The notes under the pieces are model-generated. The model was not told where the DNA came from. It ran no database searches and saw only the letters and a list, made by a program, of their open reading frames with translations. From positions 1 to 47,490 of the forward strand of contig DASXQR010000100.1 of the NCBI GenBank assembly GCA_036507075.1: a DNA stretch of 47,490 nt. Reading direction: 5' to 3'. Shown here piece after piece: positions 37,846 through 47,423 of this stretch (positions are counted from its first letter, which is position 1; each line of letters opens with the position of its first letter). This DNA comes from Acidobacteriota bacterium (lineage in GTDB: Bacteria; Acidobacteriota; UBA6911; JACQSX01). The translations under genes and the position numbers were made by a program.

Positions 37846-39099
37846 TCAAACCTTCAAGCCTTCGGATTTGGCGGCATCCGCTGACGGCGTGAATCGGCGC
37901 TCAACATAATCTTCGAGAATACGGATAAATTCAGGGACAATCTGGTTGCCTTTAAGCGTGATAACCAATTTCCCGTCGACAAAAACAGGAGCTTTGGGCT
38001 CCTCGCCTGTTCCTGGAAGTGAAATTCCAATATCAGCGTGCTTCGATTCCCCAGGACCGTTGACAATACAGCCCATGACCGCCACCTTCAGTTTTTCGAC
38101 ACCGGGATGTCGCGCTTTCCACACGGCCATCTGCCTCTGCAAGTGCTGCTGAATCTGGTCTGCCATTTCCTGGAAAAAGACGCTGGTGGTACGCCCGCAT
38201 CCGGGACAGGCCGTAACCTGCGGAACAAAACTCCTCAAACCGATCGCCTGCAGAATCTGTTGGCAAATCCGAACCTCTTCGGCCCTGTCGCCGCCTGGAG
38301 CGGGCGTAAGGCTGACGCGAATCGTGTCGCCGATGCCCTGCTGCAACAACAGCGAGAGCGCCGCCGTGCTGGCCACGATTCCTTTACTTCCCATGCCGGC
38401 CTCCGTCAGGCCGAGATGCAGCGGGTAGTCACAGCGCCGTGCCAGGTTCTGGTAGATACTGACCAGGTCCTGCACATTGGAAACTTTCGCGCTCAATATT
38501 ATTCGGTCGTGCGGCAATCCGTAGCTTTCAGCCAGACGCGCCGAGTCAATCCCACTCGCCACCACCGCCTGGGCCAGTACTTCCTGAGCATCGAGCGGAT
38601 CCGGTCTCCGGCCATTCTCATCCATCATGCGAGCCAGCAGCGACTGATCCAGGGATCCCCAATTTACTCCGATGCGAATCGGCTTGCCGTTTTCCTGGGC
38701 CACACTGATCATGCGTCGAAAGTTTTCATCGTGCTGTCTTCCCATTCCGACATTTCCCGGATTGATCCGGTACTTGCTCAGGGCCCTGGCACAGGCGGGA
38801 AACTGCTCAAGCAGAAGATGACCGTTGTAGTGGAAGTCCCCGATAATCGGCACAGTGCAGCCGTGCGCTTCCAGTCTTTGCACAATTTCGGAGACAGCCC
38901 GGGCTGCTTCCTTGTTGTTGACCGTCACACGAACCAGCTCGCTGCCTGCAGACGCGAGAGCGGCAACCTGTTCGACCGTTGCGGCCACGTCTCCCGTGTC
39001 CGTATTGGTCATCGACTGAACAACCACAGGATGACAGCTGCCGATGGGAACGTTACCCACCCAAACAGTTGGTGTTTGCCGTCGGCTGATTGTGAACAT
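37846..39099 (-). CDS. ispG: (E)-4-hydroxy-3-methylbut-2-enyl-diphosphate synthase
   Basis: [56 protein letters not shown]; Fe-S ligands CPGCGRT and [11 protein letters not shown]. Confidence 0.97.
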   Translation of the reverse strand: MFTISRRQTPTVWVGNVPIGSCHPVVVQSMTNTDTGDVAATVEQVAALASAGSELVRVTVNNKEAARAVSEIVQRLEAHGCTVPIIGDFHYNGHLLLEQFPACARALSKYRINPGNVGMGRQHDENFRRMISVAQENGKPIRIGVNWGSLDQSLLARMMDENGRRPDPLDAQEVLAQAVVASGIDSARLAESYGLPHDRIILSAKVSNVQDLVSIYQNLARRCDYPLHLGLTEAGMGSKGIVASTAALSLLLQQGIGDTIRVSLTPAPGGDRAEEVRICQQILQAIGLRSFVPQVTACPGCGRTTSVFFQEMADQIQQHLQRQMAVWKARHPGVEKLKVAVMGCIVNGPGESKHADIGISLPGTGEEPKAPVFVDGKLVITLKGNQIVPEFIRILEDYVERRFTPSADAAKSEGLKV

Positions 39100-39125
39100 A
39101 CGCGCTCGATTTTAGCACGGCCACC

Positions 39126-39395
39126 GGGAGGGATGGAGGGATGGAGGGAGGGAGGGAGGGAGGGATGGAGGGAGGGAGGGATGGAGGGATGGATGGAGGG
39201 ATGGAGGGAGGGATGGAGGGAGGGATGGCTATACTCTCGTCCCTCAGTCTCTCAGTCTCTCAGTCCCTCAGGTCCCTCAGTCCCTCAATCACTCAATCCC
39301 TCAGTCCCTCAGTCCCTCCATCCCTCAGTCCCTCCATCCCTCAATCCCTCAATCCCTCAATCCCTCAGTCCCCAGTTCCTCGGTCCCCCGGCTCC
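39126..39395. repeat. Octamer foldback (GGAGGGAT tract, then GTCCCTCA/ATCCCTCA tract)
   Basis: Purine tract 39126-39228 and complementary tract 39238-39395. Confidence 0.9.
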
Positions 39396-40570
39396 CCCTC
39401 GACAAGCCCGGTCAGTCGTCGTTTCACGAGCCAGGCGAGCACGGTTCCCAAAACCAGCCCGATTACATAGCCGAATGGCAGGCTGACAGCCGCAAGCCCC
39501 ACAAGCAGAGTGACAGAAAGGTCAGCTCTTGACTCGGTGATGTCCCGAATAAGCACCAGTAATGTGAGCGCTTCAAAGAACAAAATCATCCCCAGCACCG
39601 GCTTGGGAAAAAAGTGAATTACCTGCTCGAAACTGCCGCTAAAGAAAAACCCGAGGAGAAGATACAAAAAACCATAGATCACCACAGAACCCCCGGTGCG
39701 GCCGCCAAACGCATAATGCCCGGCCATGCCTCCCGAACCGTGACAGGTCGGAATCCCGCCGAAGAACGGGTTGATCAGGTTCATCGCGGCGTAAGTGAAG
39801 CTGATTGTGCGCACCGAGATGCGGCGCTCCGGAAAGAGGTCGTTTGCAATTTGCCGCGTCGCAAGAATGGAGTTTGCGATAGACAAGGGGATCTGCGGCA
39901 GGGCAAGCAGTACAAGGCCGGCAAAGATATCCTGCCGCGCCGGAACGTGAAGCCGGGGCAATGCCACGCCTACACCGCCAAGCAGGGCCCGCGCATCGAT
40001 TCGATAGAAGAGCGCGTAAGTGATGCCGAGCAGAATCACGAGAGGAGCCGGAGGAAAACGGCGATTGCCGAGCAGCCAGACAATCATAACAAAGGCCAGT
40101 GCGCCCAGCGCGTACCCGATAACTCCCTCGGTCGGAAGATATTGCTCCAGCGCGAGCCTGGCCAGTTGAAGACCCAAGCCGAATTGAATGCCGCGCACCA
40201 CCGGTTTTGGCACCGCCCGGGCTACAGCGTCAATCAGGCCTGTAGCGGCAAGGAACAGCATCACCAGGCCAATGGCGAGTCCCCCACCGTAAAGAATGTT
40301 GCCACTAAGCTTCTGCGTGATGACGATGGCTGCCATCGCCTTGAGCGGCTGAGCCGGCATCGGGATTCCGTAACGCAGCCCGGTGAGAACCTGCATGGCG
40401 CCGAAGAGAATGAGAACGCCGGCCGGATCCAGTTTGGCCGCAAGAATCATCCCCACTATCAACGGAAAGTCGGTCCCGATGTCGCCAAACGCTCCTGAGA
40501 ACTCGTTTCGGTCAAACCGAATGCGTGGTTGTGCTTGCGATGCAACCGTCTTGATCTCAGGCTGAGCCAT
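39365..40570 (-). CDS. MOT1-type putative molybdate/sulfate anion transporter
   Basis: EFSGAFGDIGTDFP, PMPAQPLKAMAA, VVRGIQFGLGL, PQIPLSIANS and PTCHGSGGMAGHYAFGGRTG motifs of the MOT1 family; many TM segments. Confidence 0.85.
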   Translation of the reverse strand: MAQPEIKTVASQAQPRIRFDRNEFSGAFGDIGTDFPLIVGMILAAKLDPAGVLILFGAMQVLTGLRYGIPMPAQPLKAMAAIVITQKLSGNILYGGGLAIGLVMLFLAATGLIDAVARAVPKPVVRGIQFGLGLQLARLALEQYLPTEGVIGYALGALAFVMIVWLLGNRRFPPAPLVILLGITYALFYRIDARALLGGVGVALPRLHVPARQDIFAGLVLLALPQIPLSIANSILATRQIANDLFPERRISVRTISFTYAAMNLINPFFGGIPTCHGSGGMAGHYAFGGRTGGSVVIYGFLYLLLGFFFSGSFEQVIHFFPKPVLGMILFFEALTLLVLIRDITESRADLSVTLLVGLAAVSLPFGYVIGLVLGTVLAWLVKRRLTGLVEGEPGDRGTGD

Positions 40571-40625
40571 TCGTGGCGATGGTGGCACAAAAGACTGGCT
40601 CACTGTCAAACAAATCTACCCAGCG

Positions 40626-40976
40626 GGGATTGAGGGACTGAGGGACTGAGGGACTGAGGGACTGAGGGACTGAGGGACTGAGGGACTGAGGGACTGAGGG
40701 ACTGAGGGATGGAGGGATGGAGGGATGGAGGCATAGAACGGAGTGGGGCAGTGAGGGCTCGGGGGGAGCGAGGGAGCAACACACCCCTGCAATCTGTCGA
40801 TCTCTCAATTCCCTCAGTCTCTCAATCCCTCAATCCCTCCATCCCTCAGTCCCTCAATCCCTCCGTCCCTCCATCCCTCAGTCCCTCCATCCCTCTATCC
40901 CTTCATCCCTCCATCCCTCAGTCCCTCAATCCCTCCGTCCCTCCATCCCTCAGTCCCTCAATCCCTCAGTCCCCTC
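40626..40976. repeat. Octamer foldback (TGAGGGAC tandem array, then GTCCCTCA/ATCCCTCC tract)
   Basis: About 9 exact TGAGGGAC units from 40631, with the complementary tract at 40800-40976. Confidence 0.9.
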
Positions 40977-41545
40977 ACCGGCCGACCAGCGCCGCTGCGC
41001 TTCTTCTTCCCGGGCCGCAGGGCTGAATCGACTCCGCTCCTGACTTCAATCAGGCGCCCAAAGAGCCAAAGCAGGTCAGACAGGCGATTAAGATAAACCA
41101 AGATATTCGGATTCAGTTCCTCCTGCTCGGCGACACGCACCGCGCAGCGCTCGGCTCTGCGGCAGACGGTGCGCGCCACATCGAGAGCGGCTGAGTCGGA
41201 GCGGTCGCCTGGCAGCGCCCAATCCCCCAGGATGCCATCCATTTCCTCTATCCGGGAAACCTGGTCGTCCAGGCGCTGAACCATCTCATCATCAATCTGC
41301 GGAGGTGATGTTTTGGAATCCGGCGGAGTGGCAACTGCGGCGCTGATCGTAAAGAGCTCGCGCTGGATCTTCTCGATCTTGTCGCGAACTTCCGTATCGG
41401 CGGACAAAGAACGAGCCAAACCGAGCTGTGCATTCAGTTCGTCCAGAGTTCCATAACACTCCACGCGCAGATTCGTCTTTGAAACGCGCACACGCCCGAT
41501 CAAATCCGTTTTCCCCTTGTCCCCGCGCCTGGTCACGATGCTCAT
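40958..41545 (-). CDS. pduO: PduO-type ATP:cob(I)alamin adenosyltransferase
   Basis: IVTRRGDKGKTDL, RVSK, YGTLDELNAQLG, ARTVCRRAER, YLNRLSDLLW. Confidence 0.92.
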   Translation of the reverse strand: MSIVTRRGDKGKTDLIGRVRVSKTNLRVECYGTLDELNAQLGLARSLSADTEVRDKIEKIQRELFTISAAVATPPDSKTSPPQIDDEMVQRLDDQVSRIEEMDGILGDWALPGDRSDSAALDVARTVCRRAERCAVRVAEQEELNPNILVYLNRLSDLLWLFGRLIEVRSGVDSALRPGKKKRSGAGRPVRGLRD

Positions 41546-41718
41546 GCGAATGGCAAATTATCAAAGTCAAGAATACCAGCTTGCGGGATGAATTTGTCGC
41601 CGGTCCTTCTTTTGCCACAAAGCCACGAAGAGTCCTTAGTGATCTTTGTGCCACTGTGGTGGAAAAGGCGCCCACCACAAAGGCACAAAGACCACTAAGA
41701 TCAGCCAGAATCCGGCAT

Positions 41719-42531
41719 TCAATCAATTCGCGCTTTCGCGCCTTCCCTGTTGAAGCCTTGGTAGGTTACTTGCGGAAACCCACCCAACGGGCTTGGAAAA
41801 ACCATCACATCGGCCCCGTAGGTTTGCCGGATCATGTCGGTGGTGATCACTTCTTCAGGGATTCCGGATTTCACGATCTTGCCCAGGTGAAGCAAAATCA
41901 CCGACTTGCAAAACGCTGCCGCCGCTGTCAGATCGTGAATCACCACTACTACGGTAATTCCTCTCTTCTCGTGCAGCGAGCGGAGCAATCGAAAAATTGA
42001 GATCTGATGGTTGATATCCAGATGCGCGTTAGGCTCGTCGAGAAGCAACACCGCCGGGCTCTGAGCAATGGCCCGGGCGACCAGCACGCGCTGCCTTTCG
42101 CCGCTGGAAAGCTCAGACACGGCCCTTGTTTTCACGTGGTCCAGTTCGGTCTCGCGCAAGGCGCGCTCTACAATTTCCCAATCCTGCGCGGACATGCGTC
42201 CAATCCTGCCGATGTGCGGAAAGCGGCCCATGGCGACGACGTCTTTTACCCGGAACGGAAACTCAAAATATTGCTCGGATGGAATGACCGCCATCTGCCT
42301 GGCCAGTTCCCGGGGAGGAACGTCCGACAATGGCTTGCCGTCAAACAGGATTCTTCCGCCGTGAGGCTGGACGGCATTGCTGAGCAATCGCAGCAACGTG
42401 GTCTTTCCGCTTCCATTCGGACCAATCAGAGCCAGGAACGACTGCCGGCTTATTTGAACCGTGATGTCTCGAAGCGCAAATCCAGTGGAGGGATACTGAT
42501 AACTCACATTTTCCACGTCAATCGCCGGCAC
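41719..42531 (-). CDS. Cobalamin/iron-chelate ABC transporter ATP-binding protein (BtuD/FecE-like)
   Basis: GPNGSGKT, VAMGRFPH, LSSGERQRV, LLLDEPNAHLD, VIHDL. Confidence 0.92.
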   Translation of the reverse strand: MPAIDVENVSYQYPSTGFALRDITVQISRQSFLALIGPNGSGKTTLLRLLSNAVQPHGGRILFDGKPLSDVPPRELARQMAVIPSEQYFEFPFRVKDVVAMGRFPHIGRIGRMSAQDWEIVERALRETELDHVKTRAVSELSSGERQRVLVARAIAQSPAVLLLDEPNAHLDINHQISIFRLLRSLHEKRGITVVVVIHDLTAAAAFCKSVILLHLGKIVKSGIPEEVITTDMIRQTYGADVMVFPSPLGGFPQVTYQGFNREGAKARID

Positions 42532-43482
42532 CTAGAACTCTCCCATTCGCTGCTTCCGGCGCAGCAGGAAAATAAAATAAGGGGAGCCAAACAGCGCCGT
42601 AAGCGCGCCCACTGGGATTTCCAGCGGGGGTGCCAGGCTCCGGGCGAGCGCGTCGGCGATAATCAGGAACAGGGCACCCCCCAAAGCAGAAGCGGGAATC
42701 AGCACCCGGTGGTCCGGCCCCAGCAGCAGCCGCATCATATGAGGCACGATCAAACCGACAAATCCAATCATGCCTGCAACGGCTACCGAGGCGGCAACCA
42801 TCACGGAAGCCGCTGCAAACAGAATGCGCTTGGCGTTTTCCACATCCACTCCGAGATGGAATGCCGCCTCTTCGCCCTGTGTCAGAAGATTCAACTCCCG
42901 GGCGAGGATCCAGCTTGCAAACAGACCCGCCCCTATCATGAATCCCGAAATTGTGATCAAGGTCGAATCGCCTTCCGTAAGAGTTCCCAGAAGGAAGAAC
43001 AGGATGCTGAAAGATTCCCGATAAAATATCGAGAAGAACAGAAACACGGCTGCGTTGAAAAACAGGCTCACGATTACTCCCGCCAGCACCAGCGTCTGCA
43101 CCGGGGTCTTACCGCCGGTCCGGGCGATGCGCGTAACTACAAAAATCGAGAGCAGAGCGAAGCCCAGAGAAAACAGGTAGAGCGCCGCGGGGTGATGAAT
43201 CCGCAGCATGGCCGCCACCATCACACCGGCGGCAGCGGCGCTCGATGTTCCAAGGATGTAAGGATCGGCCAGAGGATTTCGCAATACTCCCTGAAAACCG
43301 GCGCCTGCCCCTGCCAGACCGGCCCCCACCAGGATGGCGAGCAGCACGCGCGGCAATCGCACGTGCCATAGAATGGCCGCCGACGGCGTGTGCACCGGCC
43401 CGATGACCAGCGACACTCCGGCCAGCGCGATGGTAAACAGCAGCAGAGCCAGGAGCCTCTTCCCACCTGATTTCATTGCCAC
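42532..43482 (-). CDS. Cobalamin/iron-chelate ABC transporter permease (BtuC/FecCD family)
   Basis: VRLPRVLL, QGVLRNPLADPYILG, GEEAAFHLGV, GMIGFVGLIVPH, EIPVGALTALFGSPYF. Confidence 0.93.
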   Translation of the reverse strand: MAMKSGGKRLLALLLFTIALAGVSLVIGPVHTPSAAILWHVRLPRVLLAILVGAGLAGAGAGFQGVLRNPLADPYILGTSSAAAAGVMVAAMLRIHHPAALYLFSLGFALLSIFVVTRIARTGGKTPVQTLVLAGVIVSLFFNAAVFLFFSIFYRESFSILFFLLGTLTEGDSTLITISGFMIGAGLFASWILARELNLLTQGEEAAFHLGVDVENAKRILFAAASVMVAASVAVAGMIGFVGLIVPHMMRLLLGPDHRVLIPASALGGALFLIIADALARSLAPPLEIPVGALTALFGSPYFIFLLRRKQRMGEF

Positions 43483-43490
43483 CCATTCCT

Positions 43491-43640
43491 AATTGGGGAC
43501 TAATTGGGGACGGACTAATTGGGGACTGTCCCTATTTTTGATTCATTTTGCATGATTTATTTTTGGGGACTGTCCCCATTTAAGTCCCCATTTAATGATC
43601 AATTGGGGACTGTCCCCATTTAATGATCCCCATTTAATGA
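43491..43640. repeat. Array of AATTGGGGAC / GGGGACTGTCCCC palindromic units
   Basis: GGGGACTGTCCC occurs three times, with repeated AATTGGGGAC and CCCCATTTAATGATC units. The array overlaps the 3' end of the binding-protein gene. Confidence 0.8.
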
Positions 43641-44475
43641 TCCTCTCCTGAAAATCGCGCAGGCCCTCGACCAGGCGCAGGCTGCCGTTGAATCGCCGGT
43701 TTGGCTTCAAATCATCAATGACGTTGCCATTCCGGACCGCCCTGAGGTTCGACCATCCCGGTCTGTGACGAATCTCGGCCGCCGTGGCCTGGAAAGTCAG
43801 AATGATTTCGGGATTGCGGTCCAGAATTGTCTCCACGGAAGCCTGCAAAGCGGGTCGCGCAACGTCACCAAAGATGTTGTTGCCACCGCAGACCGAAATC
43901 GCATCTGTAATGAAGCTGTTCCGTCCCACTGTCCACGATGGCACATCTATCTCCACATAGACGGTCGGGCGCCGGGGCAGATTTTCTCCTCGTCGTCGAA
44001 TCTCCTCCACCTGCTTCCGCATCTCTTGAATGAGAGAGTCGGCCAGTTTCGATTTGCCTGTGGCCTGGCCCACTTCTGCAATCTGTTGATAAATTTCCGG
44101 AAGCGAAAGCGGACTGATGGTTTCCACCACATTCAGCCCGAGTTTGCGCAGGCGAGATACTACTTTTGAAGAGCTCCATCTCTCGGCCAACACGAGCGTA
44201 GGATTCAGAGAAACAATTTTCTCGATGCTTGGATTGATGAAATCCCCAATTTTCTCTTTCTGCAGCGCTTCGGGAGGATAAGTGCAGTAGTTGGTTACGC
44301 CCACTACCTGCGAGCCTGACTGCAGCGCAAACAGCGCTTCAGTCAGGCTCGGGGCCATCGAGACGATGCGATGAGTGTCGTGCGGCCCCGGTTTCCCTGC
44401 GTCTCGGGGATGACAGGCAGAAAAAAACCATGCGCCGATCAGAAGAGTCGTGAGGAGCAATCTTCGCATTTTCAT
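43543..44475 (-). CDS. Cobalamin-binding periplasmic lipoprotein (BtuF-like)
   Basis: Lipobox FSAC, RIVSMAPSLTEALFAL, VVGVTNYCTYP, EKIVSLNPTLV, GWSNLRAVRNGNV. The C-terminus is derived from repeat sequence. Confidence 0.88.
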   Translation of the reverse strand: MKMRRLLLTTLLIGAWFFSACHPRDAGKPGPHDTHRIVSMAPSLTEALFALQSGSQVVGVTNYCTYPPEALQKEKIGDFINPSIEKIVSLNPTLVLAERWSSSKVVSRLRKLGLNVVETISPLSLPEIYQQIAEVGQATGKSKLADSLIQEMRKQVEEIRRRGENLPRRPTVYVEIDVPSWTVGRNSFITDAISVCGGNNIFGDVARPALQASVETILDRNPEIILTFQATAAEIRHRPGWSNLRAVRNGNVIDDLKPNRRFNGSLRLVEGLRDFQERIIKWGSLNGDSPQLIIKWGLKWGQSPKINHAK

Positions 44476-44538
44476 TCCACCACAAAGACACAAAGGTCAC
44501 AAAGCCCCCTTTGTGCTCTTTCTGTCTTTGTGGTTATC

Positions 44539-46950
44539 TCAAAACTCCAGTTTCATCCCCAAAATGCCCGCTGCGCCCGGGGTACGATATCCATTTTCGT
44601 AATAGTGCCGGTCGAAAATGTTATCCACCTTGCCGTGAAGACGAAGACGAATTGAATCCGAGACCGGAACGGTGTAGCTCGCGCCCAAATCGGTCTTTAC
44701 TATTCCATCGAACCGAAATGCCCGCGTGGCAAACGTCTTCGGATCAAAGAAGGGAGCAAGGTAGCCGCTCGATGCGATCAAATCCAGATTCACGAAAAAG
44801 CGCGGTGTGACGCGCTGCGTGGCGACGGCTGAAAACTGATGCAGGGGAATGACAAAGGAGCTCACCACGCCCTTTGCAGCCGGATTTCTCTGATCGGCAT
44901 TGGTGTAGGTGTAGCCCAGTGCCAGGTCAAGCGCTCCCAGGGGAGCGCCGGAAACCGATAATTCCAGTCCCCGCGCCAGCTCACCACCGCTGTTTCGATA
45001 ACCGCCGAAGCGTCCAAAGGGATCCGTGGCCGGATTGATGGTCCCGGAAAAATCGAAAATGACCACTTCCTGCAGGCGTGTGTAAAAGTAAGTCGCCGAA
45101 GCGCTCAGGCGGTCGCGTAACAACTTCTGGTCCACTCCGGCGTCAAAGGCAATGGACCGATCCGGCCGGAGCCGCGGATCTCCGTAGGCGGAATATCCAA
45201 AACTACCGAAGAATGTTCCAAATCTTTCAAAGATCGACGGCGCTCGATAACCGTTTCCGACATGCGTTCTGAGCTTCGTCCCGGTGCTTCGGAAAAAATA
45301 TGCCACTGATCCATCACCCGTATAAGCGCGCGGAGGCGAGGTGAATGTAATTTCTTTATATGGAGCGGAAGCCTGCGGCGTAAAACGGGGATCGTGCAGT
45401 GAAAAAAACTGCGCGCGAAACGCCGCCGAAAATTGCAATCGATTGTCCAGCAGCCGCAACTGGTCCTGTACAAACAATGTATTGCTCCGCTGAGACGCTT
45501 CTACGGTTGAATTCTCCGGGGACCTTCCCGGAAACGACCGGTTTAAATAGCCTTCATACTCAAACTCGTAGCCGGCGGTCAGGTGCGTGCTCGCCGCGCG
45601 CAGGCTTCCCTGCGCCAGCAGTGTGTGCAGGCTGCCGTCAAAATCCGAGCGCGTTGTCGTGTTTGCGGGCTGGAAAGAAACGCCGCCGGGGCCGTTCCGA
45701 TGCGTGCGACGGGTCACCAAGCCTTGATAGTCGACCGAATACGAGAAGGTTTCGTTAAGATGTTGCGTAAAGCTGAGCAATCCGGAAAAGAAATTCGCCT
45801 CACGCCGGCTGTCCGGATCATTCGCCGCCGGAATAAAATTGGCCCGGCCGAGATTCAACCGGGAAAGAGGCGTTCCCGTCTCATACCTGCGAAGCTCTGA
45901 GCCTGACAGTGGAACGGCGTCGATAATACCCGAGGGCGGAAGTATTCCAGTCGCTTCGGGAATCGAGTTGGTCTGAAGGAATGAATTGGACGCGTAAATA
46001 CGCCCTGAAAACGAACTGTTTAGCGAAGGCCGAAAGGTGACACGGCCCTGGCCGTTGGTGATGCGCGCTGCATCATCTCCATCGACGCCGTGAACGACGT
46101 TGAGATGGGACGCTCCGCCGCTGTAAAAAATTCTCTCAGTCCCGCCGCTAAAGCCGGCCCTGCCGCGATAGAGACCAAGCGAGCCGCCCTCAAACAAAAC
46201 ATGGCCGTTTGCCCGGCCGCCGCCTGGGTCTGTCACGATGTTGAGCACGCCTCCAATCGCATTTGTCCCGTAGAGCGAAGAACCGGAACCGCGCAGGACC
46301 TCTATTCGATCGGTGTCGGTCAAAAGAAGATCTTCCAAAAAACCGGAGCTGTCTCCCTGGGGCGCACCGGGGTCACGGAAGCGCAATCCGTCAATCAACA
46401 CCGCCGTATCCTGGTTTCGCAAGCCCCTTGACTTGACGTTCACAAATGAGCCGGGACCTCCGAGTTGCTGCACACGCAGCCCCGGCACCGTGCGCAGGGC
46501 CTCGGTAAGGGAATACTCGTCGCGTTGTTCAATTTCCTGGCTGCTGACCACGGTAGTTGACTTTGACAGCTCGTCAACGGGCTGGGGATTACCCGCGGCC
46601 GTGACCACGACAAACTCCGGCGCCCCGGCCAGTTTCAGAGTGAGATCGACTATTGCGGCATATCCAGCAATTTGTACCGCACTGGTGGAAGCCCGGACAA
46701 AACCCGCGGCTTCAGCTTGAACCAGATAGTCCCCGGACACCAGATGTCTGAAGGCGTAATTTCCGCCGGAGTCGGTATTTACGGTTTGAACCACGCTATT
46801 GTCGCGCGCAAAGAGCGTCACGATAGCCCCGCTGATCGCTGCGCCGTGAGGATCGGTGACGCGCCCGGAAATGGCGGTCTCCGACTGGGCTGCAACGCAG
46901 GTTATGGTAGTGAGGCAAACTGCTATGAAAAGGAAAGCTCTGGAAATCAT
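44539..46950 (-). CDS. btuB: TonB-dependent receptor, probable cobalamin transporter (BtuB-like) with N-terminal carboxypeptidase-regulatory-like domain
   Basis: Signal peptide, ISGRVTDPHGAAI domain, plug ALRTVPGL...RIEVLRGSGSSLYGTNAIGGVLNI and C-terminal Phe. It lies directly downstream of a cobalamin riboswitch. Confidence 0.85.
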   Translation of the reverse strand: MISRAFLFIAVCLTTITCVAAQSETAISGRVTDPHGAAISGAIVTLFARDNSVVQTVNTDSGGNYAFRHLVSGDYLVQAEAAGFVRASTSAVQIAGYAAIVDLTLKLAGAPEFVVVTAAGNPQPVDELSKSTTVVSSQEIEQRDEYSLTEALRTVPGLRVQQLGGPGSFVNVKSRGLRNQDTAVLIDGLRFRDPGAPQGDSSGFLEDLLLTDTDRIEVLRGSGSSLYGTNAIGGVLNIVTDPGGGRANGHVLFEGGSLGLYRGRAGFSGGTERIFYSGGASHLNVVHGVDGDDAARITNGQGRVTFRPSLNSSFSGRIYASNSFLQTNSIPEATGILPPSGIIDAVPLSGSELRRYETGTPLSRLNLGRANFIPAANDPDSRREANFFSGLLSFTQHLNETFSYSVDYQGLVTRRTHRNGPGGVSFQPANTTTRSDFDGSLHTLLAQGSLRAASTHLTAGYEFEYEGYLNRSFPGRSPENSTVEASQRSNTLFVQDQLRLLDNRLQFSAAFRAQFFSLHDPRFTPQASAPYKEITFTSPPRAYTGDGSVAYFFRSTGTKLRTHVGNGYRAPSIFERFGTFFGSFGYSAYGDPRLRPDRSIAFDAGVDQKLLRDRLSASATYFYTRLQEVVIFDFSGTINPATDPFGRFGGYRNSGGELARGLELSVSGAPLGALDLALGYTYTNADQRNPAAKGVVSSFVIPLHQFSAVATQRVTPRFFVNLDLIASSGYLAPFFDPKTFATRAFRFDGIVKTDLGASYTVPVSDSIRLRLHGKVDNIFDRHYYENGYRTPGAAGILGMKLEF

Positions 46951-47085
46951 AATCCCTTTCTCCTCTCTCTCGAAGGAGGGTTTTTGGTGAATTCGTATGA
47001 GAGAGGATTACAAGGCAGGAAAGTTAGAAGTCAAACCTGGCCTGACAACGTCCGCTCTCATGCGAAGCATGGCACGATGCCGATT

Positions 47086-47267
47086 CGTTTGAGGCAGGTC
47101 TCCTGACTTACAGGTCAACGCGACGCCGGCGGCCTTCCCATCCCGCTGAGCGGAACAGTGGCTGCGATTCTGCCGGCGCGCTCGCTGATTACAGTGGCGC
47201 GACCGTGCGAGCTTTTCACTCGACTTCCCTTTTGACTCGCCGATTTAAGGCAAGCACCTCAAAAACG
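47086..47267 (-). ncRNA. Cobalamin (AdoCbl) riboswitch
   Basis: Minus strand TTTGAGGTG...AAAAGGGAAGTCGAGTGAAAAGCTCG...GCCACTGTAA...GCCACTG...GGGAAGG...AAGTCAGGAGACCTGCC (B12 box)...CCTCAAA closing P1. It lies upstream of btuB. Confidence 0.95.
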
Positions 47268-47423
47268 ATTAAGGGATATCATGAAGCGTGGAAGAGGGTC
47301 AAGCGCTCGGTGATTCGTCATAGGTCACTAGTCATCGGCCATACCTACTGGTCCGGAACCTTTAAAAACATTAACCGCGAAGAGCGCCAAGAACGCCAAG
47401 AGAGCGCACAGGACGGGGCTGAA

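Noticed and set aside
38038..39486. 482-aa plus-strand ORF
   Set aside because: Antisense to ispG and extended by translated octamer repeats.
42007..43371. 454-aa plus-strand ORF
   Set aside because: Antisense shadow of the btuC/btuD-like genes.
47070..47086. TGGCACG as a sigma54 promoter
   Set aside because: There is no GC at the -12 position, and it is on the wrong strand for btuB.
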